Positions 1 to 12,840 are shown, counted from the first letter of the whole stretch. The stretch: 63,683 nt of DNA, filler included, from Basidiobolus ranarum (GCA_040143965.1; 16 parts of 16 records of this genome joined end to end with filler, not necessarily neighbours in it), one strand, 5' to 3'. Numbers and translations are program-made. Notes: generated from the sequence alone by a model not told the origin.

Positions 1-2606
1 TTCCTCAGAAAAATATTATCGAAGTAGCTCTGTCCCCCAAGGGAACTTACCTCACCGCCTGGGAAAGATATGGTATGGAAATATTGGATACAAATTATGC
101 TACTATCGCTGACATGCTTACATAACTCTATTAGCTAAGCAACCCGATGAATCTGTTCACAAGAATTTGACCTTGTGGGAGGTGGGCTCTGGTAATCAAG
201 TTGCCTCTTTCACTCAAAAGAGTCAGTCCAATTGGTAATCGCCTTTTTAGTGTTCACTGATGAAATTTCGCAGTACTAATCCATAGATCCTAGGGATTTA
301 CAATGGACCGACGATGAGTTGTTCTGTGCTAGAATGGTCACCAATGAGATCCATTTCTTTATGACTAAAGCTTTATCGAAAGGTACCAATATAAGTAGTA
401 AAGTAAAATAGAAGTGATCGCTTCATTTACCTCTTATGTCTTAGGTATTCACTCTAAACTCCGCTTGGAAGGAATGGCCGATTTCTCCATTTCACCAGGT
501 AAATCACCTGCTGTTGCTGTGTTCATTGCCGAGAAAAAAGGGGCTCCAGCCATTGTTAGAATGTATGGTATCACCAATTTCAACGCTTCACTCGCTCAGA
601 AGACATTTTTCAAGGCTGATAAAGTACAGTTTATGTGGAACAACCTGGGTAACTTTCGCAGATATTATTGAATTTTTGATATCCAGAACTAATTTCACCC
701 CTCCCCTCACTTCATTCTCATTTCAGGCACCAACCTCCTTGTCCTCACTCAAACCGAGGTGGACAAGACTGGCAAATCGTACTACGGAGGTTTGATAACT
801 CTTTAGGTGGAAACAATAGTTCTTTTCATTAATGTGATCTTCTTTAGAAACCAATCTCTACTTCATGTCTGTCGCTGGAAACTACGATTGCCGTGTTGCA
901 TTAGGTAATGATTCACTAACATGGCCCATTAACACAGTTGATGCTAAACCTATTGCCACACTTTAGATAAAGAAGGCCCTATCCACGATGTTGCTTGGAG
1001 CCCCAACGCCAAGGAATTTGTAGTTATTTATGGCTGTAAGTTGCGTGCTACATATGAATTTTTGTCGAATTTAATTTTTGACCTTATCCTGAAAATTAGA
1101 TATGCCGGCTAAGACTACACTCTTCGACCATAGAGCCAATCCAGTTCATCAATTTGGAACTTTACCAAGAAACTTTGTCAAGTTTAATCCTCACGGAAGA
1201 AATATCCTTTTAGTTTGTGTTTGTGTGCGGGGATGATACTCTTTTCAGATATAGTGATACCATCCTTAACTCTATTACTCATTTGCATCGCTGGCTTCGG
1301 TAATTTGGCCGGTACCATAGTAAGATAGAGATGTTGATCTTTTCAAAGGCTACGGTAACTAATTTCTCTATTTCAGGATTTGTGGGATCGTAAAACCCTT
1401 AAAAAAATCACTACCATTGAAGCCAGTGGCTCTTCTTTCTGTGACTGGAGTCCAGATGGTCGTCATATCATGACAGCCATTCTTTCACCACGTCTTCGTG
1501 TCGATAATGGTATCAAGATCTGGCATCATTCTGGAGTTTTGGTACACAATGAAGAGATGAAAGAACTTTATCAGGTAAGTTTCCATTGTGCTCTCAAATC
1601 TTAGTTTTGCGCAGCAAGCCAACACAGTTTGTACTCAGGTTGGCTGGCGTCCAGATCCTGTTCATTGGTATCCTGAGCGCACTTCTCTGTCACCAGCACC
1701 AAAAGGAATCGATCTTCCTACCACCACTGCTAAGCCCATCGGTATGCGACATTCAATTCTTTTGCTCTTACTGATGTTTTACTAACCATGCCTTGTTTGC
1801 TTTAGTCAAGGCCATGGGTGCCTACAGACCTCCTCATGCTCGTGGAACCTCTACACCTAAGCTTTTCAAGGTATGATACTCTCTATATGACCTTCCTATA
1901 CTTACCTAATCTGATCATTTATCTCCAGCGTGAAGATGAAGCCCCACAGGATCACACTTCCACCACCAAAAATGGCCATTTGGATCAATCTCAAACTGAA
2001 TGTATGCTCAGTCTTGCTTACTATATATATTCTCCATTTACCCTTTCATTTCTCATCCATGACAATATCATTTTAGTGAGTAAAGCAGCCCTGAAGAATA
2101 AGAAGAAGCGTGAAGCCAAGAAGAAGCACCAAGAGGTAAGCTTGCTCATTGAAAACCAATCGATAGCGTTTCATGGGATTAAACACAACATAAATCCTTC
2201 ATAATCTCTGATCATCTCAACCTACAGGAAGAAGGTTTGTCTTTTATCTTGGAAATAATGTTTGCATCCAGTAGCACTAACCATCCTACTCTCTACCCGT
2301 TGCACAGCCTCAGCTCCATCAACCAAAAACTCTCAAGAAGGAGCGCTCAAATCAGGAGTTACTGGAGTAGATGAGAAGGAAAAGAAAATCCGCAACCTTA
2401 CCAAAAAGCTAAGACAAATCACCGATCTCAAAGAACGCCAAGCCAAGGGAGAAACCCTTGAATCCACTCAGGTAATTCTTAAACATTTCTTTATCTAGAA
2501 CTTCCCTATATTAACATCCCATCTGCACCCGCACTGTTCTTTTTAGATTGAGAAGATGAAATCGGAACAGAATCTGTTGAAGGAATTGGAGGCACTCAAG
2601 TTGTAA
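1..2606 (+). CDS. EIF2A: Eukaryotic translation initiation factor 2A (WD40 beta-propeller), 5'-truncated, 16 predicted introns
   Basis: Manual splicing gives ...SPKGTYLTAWE...FTQKSQSNWDLQW...TFFKAD...QTEVDKTGKSYYGETNLY...GPIHDVAWSP...YGYMPAK...FNPHGRIICIAGFGNLAG...WSPDGRHIMTAILSPRLRVDNGIKIW, then a C-terminal KKIRNLTKKLRQI coil; stop TAA 2604-2606. Intron donors at about 73, 235, 383, 649, 790, 905, 1036, 1202 (AT), 1320, 1575, 1742, 1871, 2002, 2136, 2235 and 2472. Confidence 0.95.
1202..1278 (+). other. U12-type (minor spliceosome) AT-AC intron in eIF2A
   Basis: 5' site ATATCCTTT (1202-1210), branch site TCCTTAAC (1263-1270), 3' end AC (1277-1278). Removal restores HGR-IICIAGFGNLAG in frame. 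Confidence 0.93.
2228..2234 (+). other. 7-nt microexon (GAAGAAG) in eIF2A
   Basis: Flanked by a CCTACAG acceptor and a GTTTGT donor. It joins a phase-0 donor (2136) to a phase-1 acceptor (2307, upstream branch CACTAAC). Confidence 0.7.
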
Positions 2607-3027
2607 TACTCTGGTTTTTTGCTGGACTTGATCTCATTTTCTGTGGAGAAATAGAATAACCCCCCTTGAATATTACTTGCCTCATTGATAACAATCACTC
2701 TTTAATAAAGGCATCATTCTATCTAACAAAGCTTCCGACCCAATTATTTTCTTTAATCATTTCCCCCAGCTTCAGACCATTTTTGAAGATGAATTTCATT
2801 AACCTTGGCCCAATTGATCCGCATTACACGATGTCAAAATAAACGAGTCTCTGATCTTTATTGGTGGATCGATTTGTTTACATTTGAGAGATATAATGAG
2901 TGTTAAGAAAATATTGTTTTGGATTCGCCTAATTCTCAAATTCATTCTTCAGGAACATTTGATATCCATTTCCCCTCAACTTTATCCAATTTTTCTCATT
3001 GTATAGTCTTGACCATTCTCTTTAAAT

Positions 3028-3903
3028 ATGCTTGGACAAACGAATTTTGTTACCACCAACTCGGACCTTTCTTTACCCAACGTCAACTTTGCCGCTGACG
3101 GTCTTCGTACTTCTCTACAAACTTTCTTAAAGCAATTCGATACGTTTATAAAAAATGGAAAAGAAGAAATCTTAAGTAAACGTCAAGATTGGTTGAAAAA
3201 TTTGACCGATTTAAACGGTTCGTGTACTGATACTTTCCTTTCTTGAGTGAAATATATGAATTAACCTTGAGATGTTCTTTTTCTTCTCCTTGGTTTTAAC
3301 TTAATAGAAACCTCCAACAAGTTGAAGTCAGAAACGGAATACTATAAAAGTGAAGAAACAAACTTGTCCAAGAGTGAGTGGCTGTTTTCTACTTGAGAAC
3401 TTCTTTAAAGCAGTATTTTTGTGGATAAGAATCGATATTAACCTTTTACCAACCCCTCTCTTTGTTTCATGGAATAGACTTGGATAAAGAAAAACGTCGT
3501 ATCGCTGAACTAAAGACTGATCTCGCTAACCTACAAAAGAATATTAAGGATTCGAAAAGCAAAGAAGAATCGCTTCTTCAACAGATTCGTCTTGTACGTG
3601 AAGAAATTCGCAAGAAAAAGGAAGGTAAATTGAAGAACATCAACTTTTAATGTTTAATATTATAATATTGATTCTTGAACAATTTAACCTAGAACGTGCG
3701 ATTCAAGTGCAAGCCCTTCAGTCACAACAGGTGTTGAATGAGCCTGAGTTGAACTTTTATGAAGAAAAATTGGCGTTGCGTATCATTGGTGATGAGGGTA
3801 TGTTACCGGTCCTACTATGGTTGTTGAGGCGGGGAATTCGTACTAACATATTTTGCAGAGGATCGTATCACGTTTCGGTTCACTAATATTGCTGCTATCA
3901 TTC
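3028..3903 (+). CDS. SPC25: Kinetochore NDC80-complex subunit Spc25-like (coiled coil + start of RWD domain), 3'-truncated, 4 introns
   Basis: Spliced product is a long coiled coil followed by PELNFYEEKLALRIIGDEEDRITFRFTNI, resembling the Spc25 LGLRI..D.L.F.FT.I motif. Confidence 0.75.
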
Positions 3904-4003
3904 NNNNNNNNNNNNNNNNNNNNNNNNNNNNNNNNNNNNNNNNNNNNTTAATTAATTAANNNNNNNNNNNNNNNNNNNNNNNNNNNNNNNNNNNNNNNNN
4001 NNN
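3904..4003. other. Artificial contig linker N-TTAATTAATTAA-N (first of 15, recurring about every 4 kb: 7904, 11903, 15899, 19891, 23882, 27870, 31855, 35839, 39822, 43804, 47784, 51760, 55736, 59710)
   Basis: Identical 100-nt spacer with stop codons in all six frames. Contig lengths decrease (non-increasing) from 3903 to 3874. Confidence 0.98.
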
Positions 4004-4503
4004 AGTAAAACTTTGGTTTCCAATAGTTTTGCATTGTGCCAAGGTCCTTTTACTAGCCGCAGCATTTTCATTTTAATTTTCCAAACTTGATAATTGGTTC
4101 CATCCAATTTTTTGAGAAATAGACAATATAGAGAGTGCAAGCTCAGGTCTTTTAATCTGTTAAAGTATTTGGGAGCATGTTGGAAGTGGTTTAAGAATTA
4201 GAGGAATTTGTTTTTTAACTTATTGATTTATTGTGTAGAAAGTTGACATTTATAGTTTTGTCAAGATGTAAGCAAACTAACATGTACAATGTGTTGAGGA
4301 AGGTCCCAGGAACATGTGTGCAAAGTTTGGGGCTTCTAGCACTTGTTTGAACAATATATATATTGGAGAACTTCTAAGTTGGTAAAAATATCCTAAGGAA
4401 ATTCCAATTGAGAATAATGTATAATATCTTGGTGAGATATAAGATAACTAAGTACTAAGGTATATATGACACTATAGATGTTTTGGTAATGTTAATTTCA
4501 ACA
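4004..4503 (-). mobile_element. Ty1/copia 5' end: LTR family A (4158-4503) plus gag start
   Basis: TGTT...AACA-bounded 346-bp LTR; minus-strand KLDGTNYQVWKIKMKM is a typical copia gag N-terminus. Confidence 0.85.
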
Positions 4504-4779
4504 GATATCTCAATGGAAAACCTGCAAACCAAAAGACTCTGAATGTCAGAGCTGCCATGACTTGCTGTGATGACTAGTGGTTTAACATTTTTGAAACTGT
4601 GCAAAATCTTGCCCAAGATCACCTGGATTTAAGCCAATTTTATAGAAACCAGCAACCAGGCATTACCCTAAAGGTTCCTGACTTATTTTGTGTGTCTTAT
4701 CATAGGTTTATGCAAGCAAATAGCAAGTGGGCTAGTGTTGGCCTAGTTATAAAACATCTATGAAATCTACATAATTATC

Positions 4780-5787
4780 AACCTGGAAAAGAAAGAAAAG
4801 CGGCTAACAAAGTACTCAAGGAGCACAAAGTTAGTAAACCCAAGGGAAAAGCAAAGGAGCCAGTGAGTTTAGGCTCTACTGTCCCACTTACCAAATTCTT
4901 CACTCCATAACAAAGATCCACATTTCCAGAGTCAGATATACTGGCAAAAAGCTTAATTTCACCATAGAGCCAGGCACACCAGTTGGAAGAGTGCTAAATT
5001 TGGAAGTTTATCCAACACCTGGCACCTCTCAACAAGCCAAAACATCATCAAATAAAACTCATGGCTCTCCAACCTCAACTGGTACTTTTAACAGTGTTAA
5101 AATTAGCCCCAAAGTCAAAGGAAGCAAAAAGACACACAAACACCACAAAGCACTCTCAGTAGTGTCACACTACAAGGATGAATAAAAATAGTCAAAGTGC
5201 TTGAGGAGTATTTTCAAAAGTATTAAGGGAAAAACACAGTGCAAGTATGCAGAAGATGGCTTCAGAAGAAGAATATTCAGTTTGACATTCTGTCTGGTGT
5301 TGACCATGCAGAAATCTGGGAAGAACTTGATACAGAGTAGCACAATATTGCAGGGTATCTGCCAGATAGCTAGAAGAATGTTGATTCAGCAACACTAATA
5401 CAATGGTGCTCTTTGATGGAGATATTGCTACACACTTGTGTTGGATATGAGCTAAACCTAGGGTATAAAGAACTCTATAAAAATAATCAGGAAAATATAT
5501 TAAAGAAACTTTGAATTTCAAAATTGACAAATTAGCCTTCAAGTGGTAATTTTATAAAATTTGAGTCACATTTTTTTCACATGTGCTAATCCATAGTTCT
5601 CTGAGATTGTTGCCAATCATGCACAAACATTTTGCAAGATCTTGAAATTTCACTCCTGAAACTGAAAAAATTGATTAAAATCTAATCTAACTTGGAGATT
5701 TTGTGACAGTAAGTAAACAGTCAAGCCCAAATGGATTAAAATTGTGATGGTTTTCCTATGATAACAATCCTCAAATTTCTGTTAGGG
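4780..5787. mobile_element. Terminal part of a putative DNA transposon ending ...AAATTTCTGTTAGGG (terminus CCCTAACAGAAA)
   Basis: Homologous to 39922-40463, 56487-57484 and inverted 43610-43803. All four stop at the same GTTAGGG with different flanks. The left boundary is approximate. Confidence 0.65.
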
Positions 5788-5940
5788 CAAGTTTGAAAAA
5801 TCAATATATCTGAGAACTTTTAAGTTGGCAAAAAGATTAAAAGTAAGTTCCAATTGAGAATAATGAATAATATCTTGGTGAATTATAAGATAACTATATA
5901 TATGACTATGTAGGTGCTGAGGCAAAGCTAATTTCAACAC
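5788..5940 (-). repeat. Partial LTR family A
   Basis: Matches the right half of 4158-4503, ending CTAATTTCAACA. Confidence 0.75.
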
Positions 5941-6292
5941 TGTCCCTCAACCAAAGAGTCTAATAACCTAATACTAAGAAACTTCTGAATTTCTCAAATT
6001 TATATCTAGCCTGATAAAAGTGTTTAGGGGATTTGTATGTGTTTTGAGCAAGATTTAGATTTGTGAATTAGACACTTAAGTTTTTGGATCAAATTTAGAC
6101 TAATTATAGGTCATAATTTTGAGATAAGCAATGTATCCAAAGTTCCTAAAATGTTTTACATCAGATTCGACTCCAAACCAAGCTTGATATGTTGTAGAGT
6201 TGAACAGACCACTAGTAAAACTCCTATCCTTTAGATATACAGCTGTAGCAATTAATTCCACCCAAAAGCTACGATATAAATTGCGTGCATTT

Positions 6293-7903
6293 TGATAAAA
6301 GTGTTTAGTGGATATGGAAGTGTTTTGGACAAGATTTGGATTTGCAAATTAGACACTTAAGTTTTATTGAATTGAATATGTCCTATTTATAGTTTACTAT
6401 GAAATACAACTATTGGCCATCCTTAGATCATAACAAACATGCCTGTTAAGCATGGGTGAAAATTTGAGATGATTTGGAGAAGTTTTGAGAAAACAGTGAA
6501 TATTTGTAAAAGTGATCTAATTAATATTTCTATCAATTAGAGCAATAAACACATGTTTTTGAATGACAGAATTGAGAGCTAAATAACCAGAATATGAATA
6601 AACTAGCTGCTAAATAATGAGTTGCTATTTACCTAATTTCCAAATTCACACTCAACTAATTATTTTGTATTTCTCTTAAACCTAACTTATTTCTTTGGAA
6701 TTCAAATTGTGCTTAAGCTAAAAGTTTGGTCAAGATATCAGCTATCATATCTTCAGTAGGGCAATAGACAAGTTCAATTATATCATTCTCTATTGCTTCT
6801 CTAACAAAATGATGCCTAATATCTATATGTTTTGTTCTAGCAAGAAATGTATGGTTTTTAGCTAATGAAACACAACTTTGCTTATCTTCAAATACAGTAA
6901 TAGCACATTTTGCATGTATCCTCAGTCTGTGAATAACTTCCTTGACCATATAGCTTCTTGTGTAGTAGCAGAGGCAGCCACATACTCTGCTTCTGTAGTG
7001 GAAAGTGCTATGGTTGGTTGCTTCTTACTACTCCAAGTTATGGCTCCATTACCATAGAGAAAAGTGTATACAGTTGTTGATCTTCTAACATCAGAATTTC
7101 TTCCCCAATCTGCATCACTGTAGCCTTCAAATTTTTGGGCATCAGGAGTGGTAGAGTATTCCAGAACTAGATCTACAGTTCCTCTCAAATACCTGAATAT
7201 TTGTTTTACTGCAGTTTTGTGCTCAGATCCTGGGTTTTTGAGGTATTGGCTGACAGTTCCCACTGCCACAGCAATGTCTGGACATGTTCCAACCACTGTA
7301 TACATTAAACTACCAACCATGGATTGATAAGGGAACTACTGGCTTTGATATGAGTCATTTTGGGCCAAATTGGATGGAAATTCAATTGGTTTCACATTTG
7401 GATCCCTTGGTATTGTTAGAGGCATGCTATTTTTCATTTTGAAGTGTTTTAGAATGTCTAGGATGTATCTAGACTGATTCAGCATGATTTTCTGAATGGG
7501 CTTATCTCTCTTGATTTGTGTGCCAAGAAAATAACTTAATTCACCCATATTAGTCATCTGAAATTGGTTTTATAAGCAGCTTTTTGTCTGATTAAGTTCT
7601 TCCAGATCATTTGTGGCTATGATCAGGGTCATCCACATATAGTGCAAAGATAAGTATCCTATTTCTGGTTGTATTGATGTAAATACTGTGATCTGCTGTG
7701 CATTTGTGGAATTCCAGAGATACCAAATAGGTATCTATCTTGTTGTACTATGCCCTGGGTGCTTGCTTGAGTTCTTAGAGCAATTTTTTGCTGTTTACAG
7801 ACCATATCAGGATGTTTTGGGTCAATAAATCCATCTGGTTGCTCCATATAGATCTCTTCTTCTAGATTTCCATTCAGAAAGGCTGTTTTTACATCCATTT
7901 GAT
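6293..7903 (-). mobile_element. Degenerate Ty1/copia 3' half: RT, RNase H, PPT and LTR family C (6293-6644)
   Basis: [40 protein letters not shown] and MIADILTK motifs in frameshifted ORFs; LTR immediately after a purine-rich tract. Confidence 0.93.
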
Positions 7904-8003
7904 NNNNNNNNNNNNNNNNNNNNNNNNNNNNNNNNNNNNNNNNNNNNTTAATTAATTAANNNNNNNNNNNNNNNNNNNNNNNNNNNNNNNNNNNNNNNNN
8001 NNN

Positions 8004-11000
8004 ACTTAGTTCGTGCTGCTTTTGACATGTTTGCTTCACTCGCAACAGGTCCCAAGTCCAGTCAGTATGCATATGATTTCCTAAATAGTGGAGGTGGCCG
8101 TCATCCCAACCTCATGCAAAGTAGTAATCATACAACCAGTTTATGTTCATGGAACGCCCTCTTCGGTGCCCTCGACTTTTATAGTACCAACCTCGTTCCT
8201 ACTCAAACTATATCCTCCGGAATAACTGCACCTGCCCAGATACAACCTGAAGAAGTAATTCTCTTGAAATCTTTTCTTCGGCTGTTACGCCAGATTGTCA
8301 AGTATTCGTCTATCGCTAGAACTACTCTGTACGAGAATCAACAGTATAAGCCAATGTATACTCTCTTCAATTTGCTAAGATGCCCTGTGCCCACCGACCT
8401 TAAAGCGGCTCTTCTCGAAACAATCGCTGCTTTCTGCTCTCCTATCGGTAGTAATGGACCTCAGATTGCTCGTCAAACCTGGATTACCTTGGAGCAATCA
8501 CAACTCCTTCAAACCGTCAGAAATACATCATCACAGAGTGGCTCACAATTTCCCACTGTCGAGGGAGGACAGTTTACCAACGTAAGAAATCTTGGTCAGA
8601 GCGGTTTTGGGGCATCTAGTGGAGTTCGTAAAGAAGGTGAGGGGATCAGAGCTGAACTGGAGGAAATCGAATCTGCTAAAGAGACATATCCTGAAACTCA
8701 GGCTTTCCTCCATCTTCTTAATACACTTATTTACACACCTGGAAAAAACTCAGCATATCGTTCCGGGTTTGGCATTATCTCTCCCACCATTCCCGATAAC
8801 CTTGGGTCTGGTTATCGCGCACCCGGTATCAATCCCTACATCAACTTCGTTCTAGATCATATTTTGCTTAAAGCCCACAATCGTAGTTACATTCATCCTG
8901 AAGAGAAATGGGCTGTAATCGAGGCTTCATTGAAGCTAGTCGAGAAATGCTTGATCACTTTTGATATCAAGAGTATTCTCATTGAAAGCGTAGTTCCTGG
9001 TCCTAATGGAGAGGATTTGAGTAAATCGATCTCTACCGTGAAAAGTAACTCTACATCTCAAACTCAAGCTGCCTTTTCATTAGCTACACATCCTGGTTTT
9101 GAGATCATAGCAAGAATTTTATGTGGTTCAAAACTTCTTGAAGAGATATGTAGAATCTTGGCTTTTGGTGTTGATGCCGTCAACCAAAATACTTTCAAAA
9201 CTCCTGCCTTCAGATTATGTGTATTGCACAGTCTTAGAATTCTGCTTCGCGTTATGCAGATCCAAGATATTTTCTTAGGCGTACTTGTTCCTATCATTGT
9301 CGAATCTAATAATTCTACTACCTTTGGAACGAAAATATCTCTTCCCCCGGCTCTTGTATCCGTCGACCAACTCCTCCTTTACCGTAAAGATGTTATCGTT
9401 CAAATCGCCTTATTCGTTAACTGCTTTGAAAGTGACGAAATCTGCCTTCTTTCGGTGAAGGCTCTTTTGGCACTATCTGAGTCTGAAGCCTTCGGTGGTC
9501 GTGGCAATGGTGACGGTGACTTTTCTATCAACAAATTAGTAAGTGTATTGAATTCCAGCGATGATGCTGCTCGTATTATTCATGGGTTCTTGGAAAGATT
9601 GGAAATTGATGAGCCAGAAGTCGACGCTGTCGAGGCTGGAATTAATCAACATGATGACATGTATCAAGCTATGAGCGAGTCTAGCGGTGGTTTGGATGAC
9701 CAACCTGGCATGGCAAATTCTATTCGCTTGAGAATTCTAGAGCTTTTACTTAAAAACCTTAACCCAGATAAGGTGCCTCCTACTATATCCCATATGCTTC
9801 TAGGATACCAGCTTAAGGGCGGTATATCCGAAACTGAGATCCCAGATCCTATGAGTGATAATGCTAAAGTATCTTGCCTTCATATCATTCTCGATTTACT
9901 TCGCGAAGGTATTGAGCGTAGCAAGGGAAACTCTGATGTTGACCAAGTCAAAGAATCAACCGCCCAAAAAACTGGAATTCCGTTATTCACTAAGCACCCT
10001 TCATTAGCTGAACGTTGCTACCATTTGATTTATAGACTTTGCTCTAACCCCAACACGTCTTCTCCCACCATGCGCTATCTTCGTATTCGTGAAGATTACT
10101 ACTATAGTCAGTTAAAAGCAATGCCCGTTAACATCAGCCAAGTTGGGGAGCAGTATAATGGTGAAATTATCTATAATGACGGCACTAAGGTTGCTTTAGA
10201 CATTGCAGGACTCTTTGCACAACTCCACCAACGTGCGTGGTTGATGCGTACTATTGCTTTGGAGCTTCACATTACCACTTTAGCTGGTCAGCGTTCACAA
10301 ACACAGAGATTATTGAACTTGTTATATGGTACTGGTGAGTCTATTGTTGCGGATGATACCGTATCTGAAGATCGTTTCGATATCAGTGGCATCAGTACTC
10401 TTAGTAAATCAAAGCTTCAGCAAACCACTATGAAGATGCTCGAAATATTGAATTCCGTTGATTTCATTTGGAGTGACTACTTAAAGAGCGATGTACTGGA
10501 GCCATTTTATTTCAAGAGTCTTAACTTTGAGCCTTGTCTTAGAACTAATGAACGTGGTTGCTACGTGTATGATATCAGAGCTGTTTTTGCTATGCTTTCA
10601 GTTGCGAAGAAACAATTTGAGAAGCAAGGAAACATATCTTCAGCAGGGCAAAAGACTGCTATCAAGGAGGAGATGCGTCTAATTCTCAATCATTTTATTG
10701 TTGAAAATCGAAGCCGTGAGCTTTTCCACGCCAAATTCCATTGTCTTCAAGCGTGGAAACAGGTTGTTGATATCACCCTTTCAAAATGCTTTGATCTTCT
10801 TACACCCGAATCTCGTGAATCTGTACTTTACGACTTGATTCTATCGTTACTTCCCAAGATTATATCCGAAGATAACACCATCATGATAGCCGAAAGTCTT
10901 AGCGGAGTTGTATTGTCTTTATTGACTAAATTGAGACAGGATCAACAACATCAAATTGTGCTTCAAACGCCTTCTTCTTTTGGAAGCACGACTGTTGCTG

Positions 11001-11902
11001 TACGCTTACCCGCAGATCGCCTTCATACCATTCTTAAAGGTTTAATTGAGAGTATTCAAAGACCAGGATCTACTATTACTATGAGGGGAAATCTATACGT
11101 TGCTTTACTCAGCTACCTTCAATACACCAATCCATCCAGCACCTCTGGCAATCAAGTCAAAAAGGATTTAGAGCAATCCCTTACATCCTCTGCATTCGGA
11201 AGATCTCTCTCTAGCTCATTGAGTGCTACTAGTCGCCCCGTTCAAAGAGATAACCTTGAAGCAGGTAACTTGTCTATTTTAAATATCGCTGGTGATAAGT
11301 TCCTTGAGATTCTATGCCGTGATGGATGTGACAGTGAGGATGTTTGGAAAACCGTCGCTTTTACTCTGTTGGACTCTCTTACCTTACTATGGGAAAAAGA
11401 AAAAATCAATCAGGTCACCAACTATATGCTTCGCAGAAACTTCCTCAGACACTTCGTCGAGATGTTAAAGAGAGATGATATCGCCTTGCAAGAGCTTCTT
11501 CAACCCGAAGTTGATGATTTGAACGCCCTATTTGTTTACGAGTCGAAACTCTCCCTTTTCTTGCGAATTGCCCAGCGTCGTGATGGTGCTGAGAAATTAT
11601 TGGAGAATGGCGTGGTGGAGATTCTTTCTGATATTGGATTTTTAGATCAACGCCCCAACTCTGATGCTATGAATACTGATTTCGATAGTTTCATCCCTCC
11701 TGCTACTGAGAGATATCATCAGCTTCTCACACCTCTTCTCCAGTTACTTGTTGCAATTTTGACTATTCTTGGACGTGATCACACTACTGCAATTAATAAG
11801 ATATCCAACTTTGTCCGTAGACATCAGGAAGTCTTTGCTGCGGGTTTGGAAGATACATCGGCCATTACTTCGTTGACGACTTTTAGCGAGCTTGGAGTTA
11901 TC
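8004..11902 (+). CDS. NUP205: Nucleoporin Nup205/Nup192 (internal fragment, open at both ends, no introns in 3.9 kb)
   Basis: About 1300 codons of uninterrupted alpha-solenoid sequence with SWNALFGAL, LKAALL, ELEEIESAKETYPET.AFL.LL, IP.NLG.GYR.PG..PY..FV and late YESKLSLFLRIAQ motifs recalled as typical of Nup205/Nup192. Confidence 0.88.
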
Positions 11903-12002
11903 NNNNNNNNNNNNNNNNNNNNNNNNNNNNNNNNNNNNNNNNNNNNTTAATTAATTAANNNNNNNNNNNNNNNNNNNNNNNNNNNNNNNNNNNNNNNNNN
12001 NN

Positions 12003-12310
12003 TGGAGGATCTTGACATAATGGGGGTAGACTTTGAGTATTAGAAGCAACTTATGATAGTGTGTCTTAGTTAGTTTATTCTCAAGAGTATATGGTGACTT
12101 ATATAGTAGAAAAGTAAATTGTTTGAGATATTCAGGAGTTTGTGTAATAAGATATAATAGATAAGTGGGGGTAATAAGACATACTTGTTATACAGATATA
12201 GAGATATTCCTATTTAGAATATAGCGGCTATAGATATATTGCTTTCTGTTTCTGATATGTGTATCATAATATGTTAACTATGATATTGAATAAAGATTAA
12301 TTATCCAACA
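12003..12310. repeat. LTR family B (partial), inserted in a copia gag
   Basis: Ends ...GAATAAAGATTAATTATCCAACA. The same end occurs at 19991-20007 next to a PPT, and inverted at 39713. Confidence 0.7.
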
Positions 12311-12840
12311 GATAGTTTGCATTGCTTTCTTCTCCTACAACAGTGTCTCAAAGTTCTTTTTCTTGAAGCAGCATTTTCATTTTTATTTTTCTAACTTCAT
12401 AATTGGTTCTATGCAATTTTTCAGAAGAGGGAAAAGTTCCATAAATTTGGGAAGTAGACAATACAGAGAGTGCAAGCTTGTGGCTCATAACCTGTTAAAG
12501 TATCTTGGAGCCTGTTGGAAGTGATTTGGAGAATTAGAGAAATTGGTGGTTTTCACTTATTGGTTTATTGGGTAGAAAGTTGACATTTGTAGTTTTGTTA
12601 AGATTTGAACAAATTAACATGTAGAATGTGTTAAGAGAGGTCCCAGAAGCATGTGTGCAAAATGTGGGGCTTCTAGCACAAGTTTGAAAAATCTATATAT
12701 CTGAGAACTTCTAAATTGGTAATAATATTCCAAGTAAATTCTGATTGAGATTAAGGGGTAATATCTTAGTGAAATATGAGATAACTAAGTACCAAGTCAT
12801 ATGTGACTATATAGCTGGTTAGGCAAAGCTAACTTCAACC
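12311..12840 (-). mobile_element. Ty1/copia 5' end: LTR A (12493-12840), PBS (12482-12492), gag remnant
   Basis: LTR homologous to 4158-4503; minus-strand GGTTATGAGCC directly after the LTR; gag KL..TNY...KIKMKMLLQEKEL. Confidence 0.85.

Noticed and set aside
414-2498. Multiple short ORFs as separate genes
   Set aside because: They are exon-plus-intron read-throughs of the single eIF2A gene.
3218-3478. TTAAC-like motifs in SPC25 introns as U12 branch sites
   Set aside because: Donors are GTTCGT and GTGAGT, not RTATCCTT; these are ordinary U2 introns.
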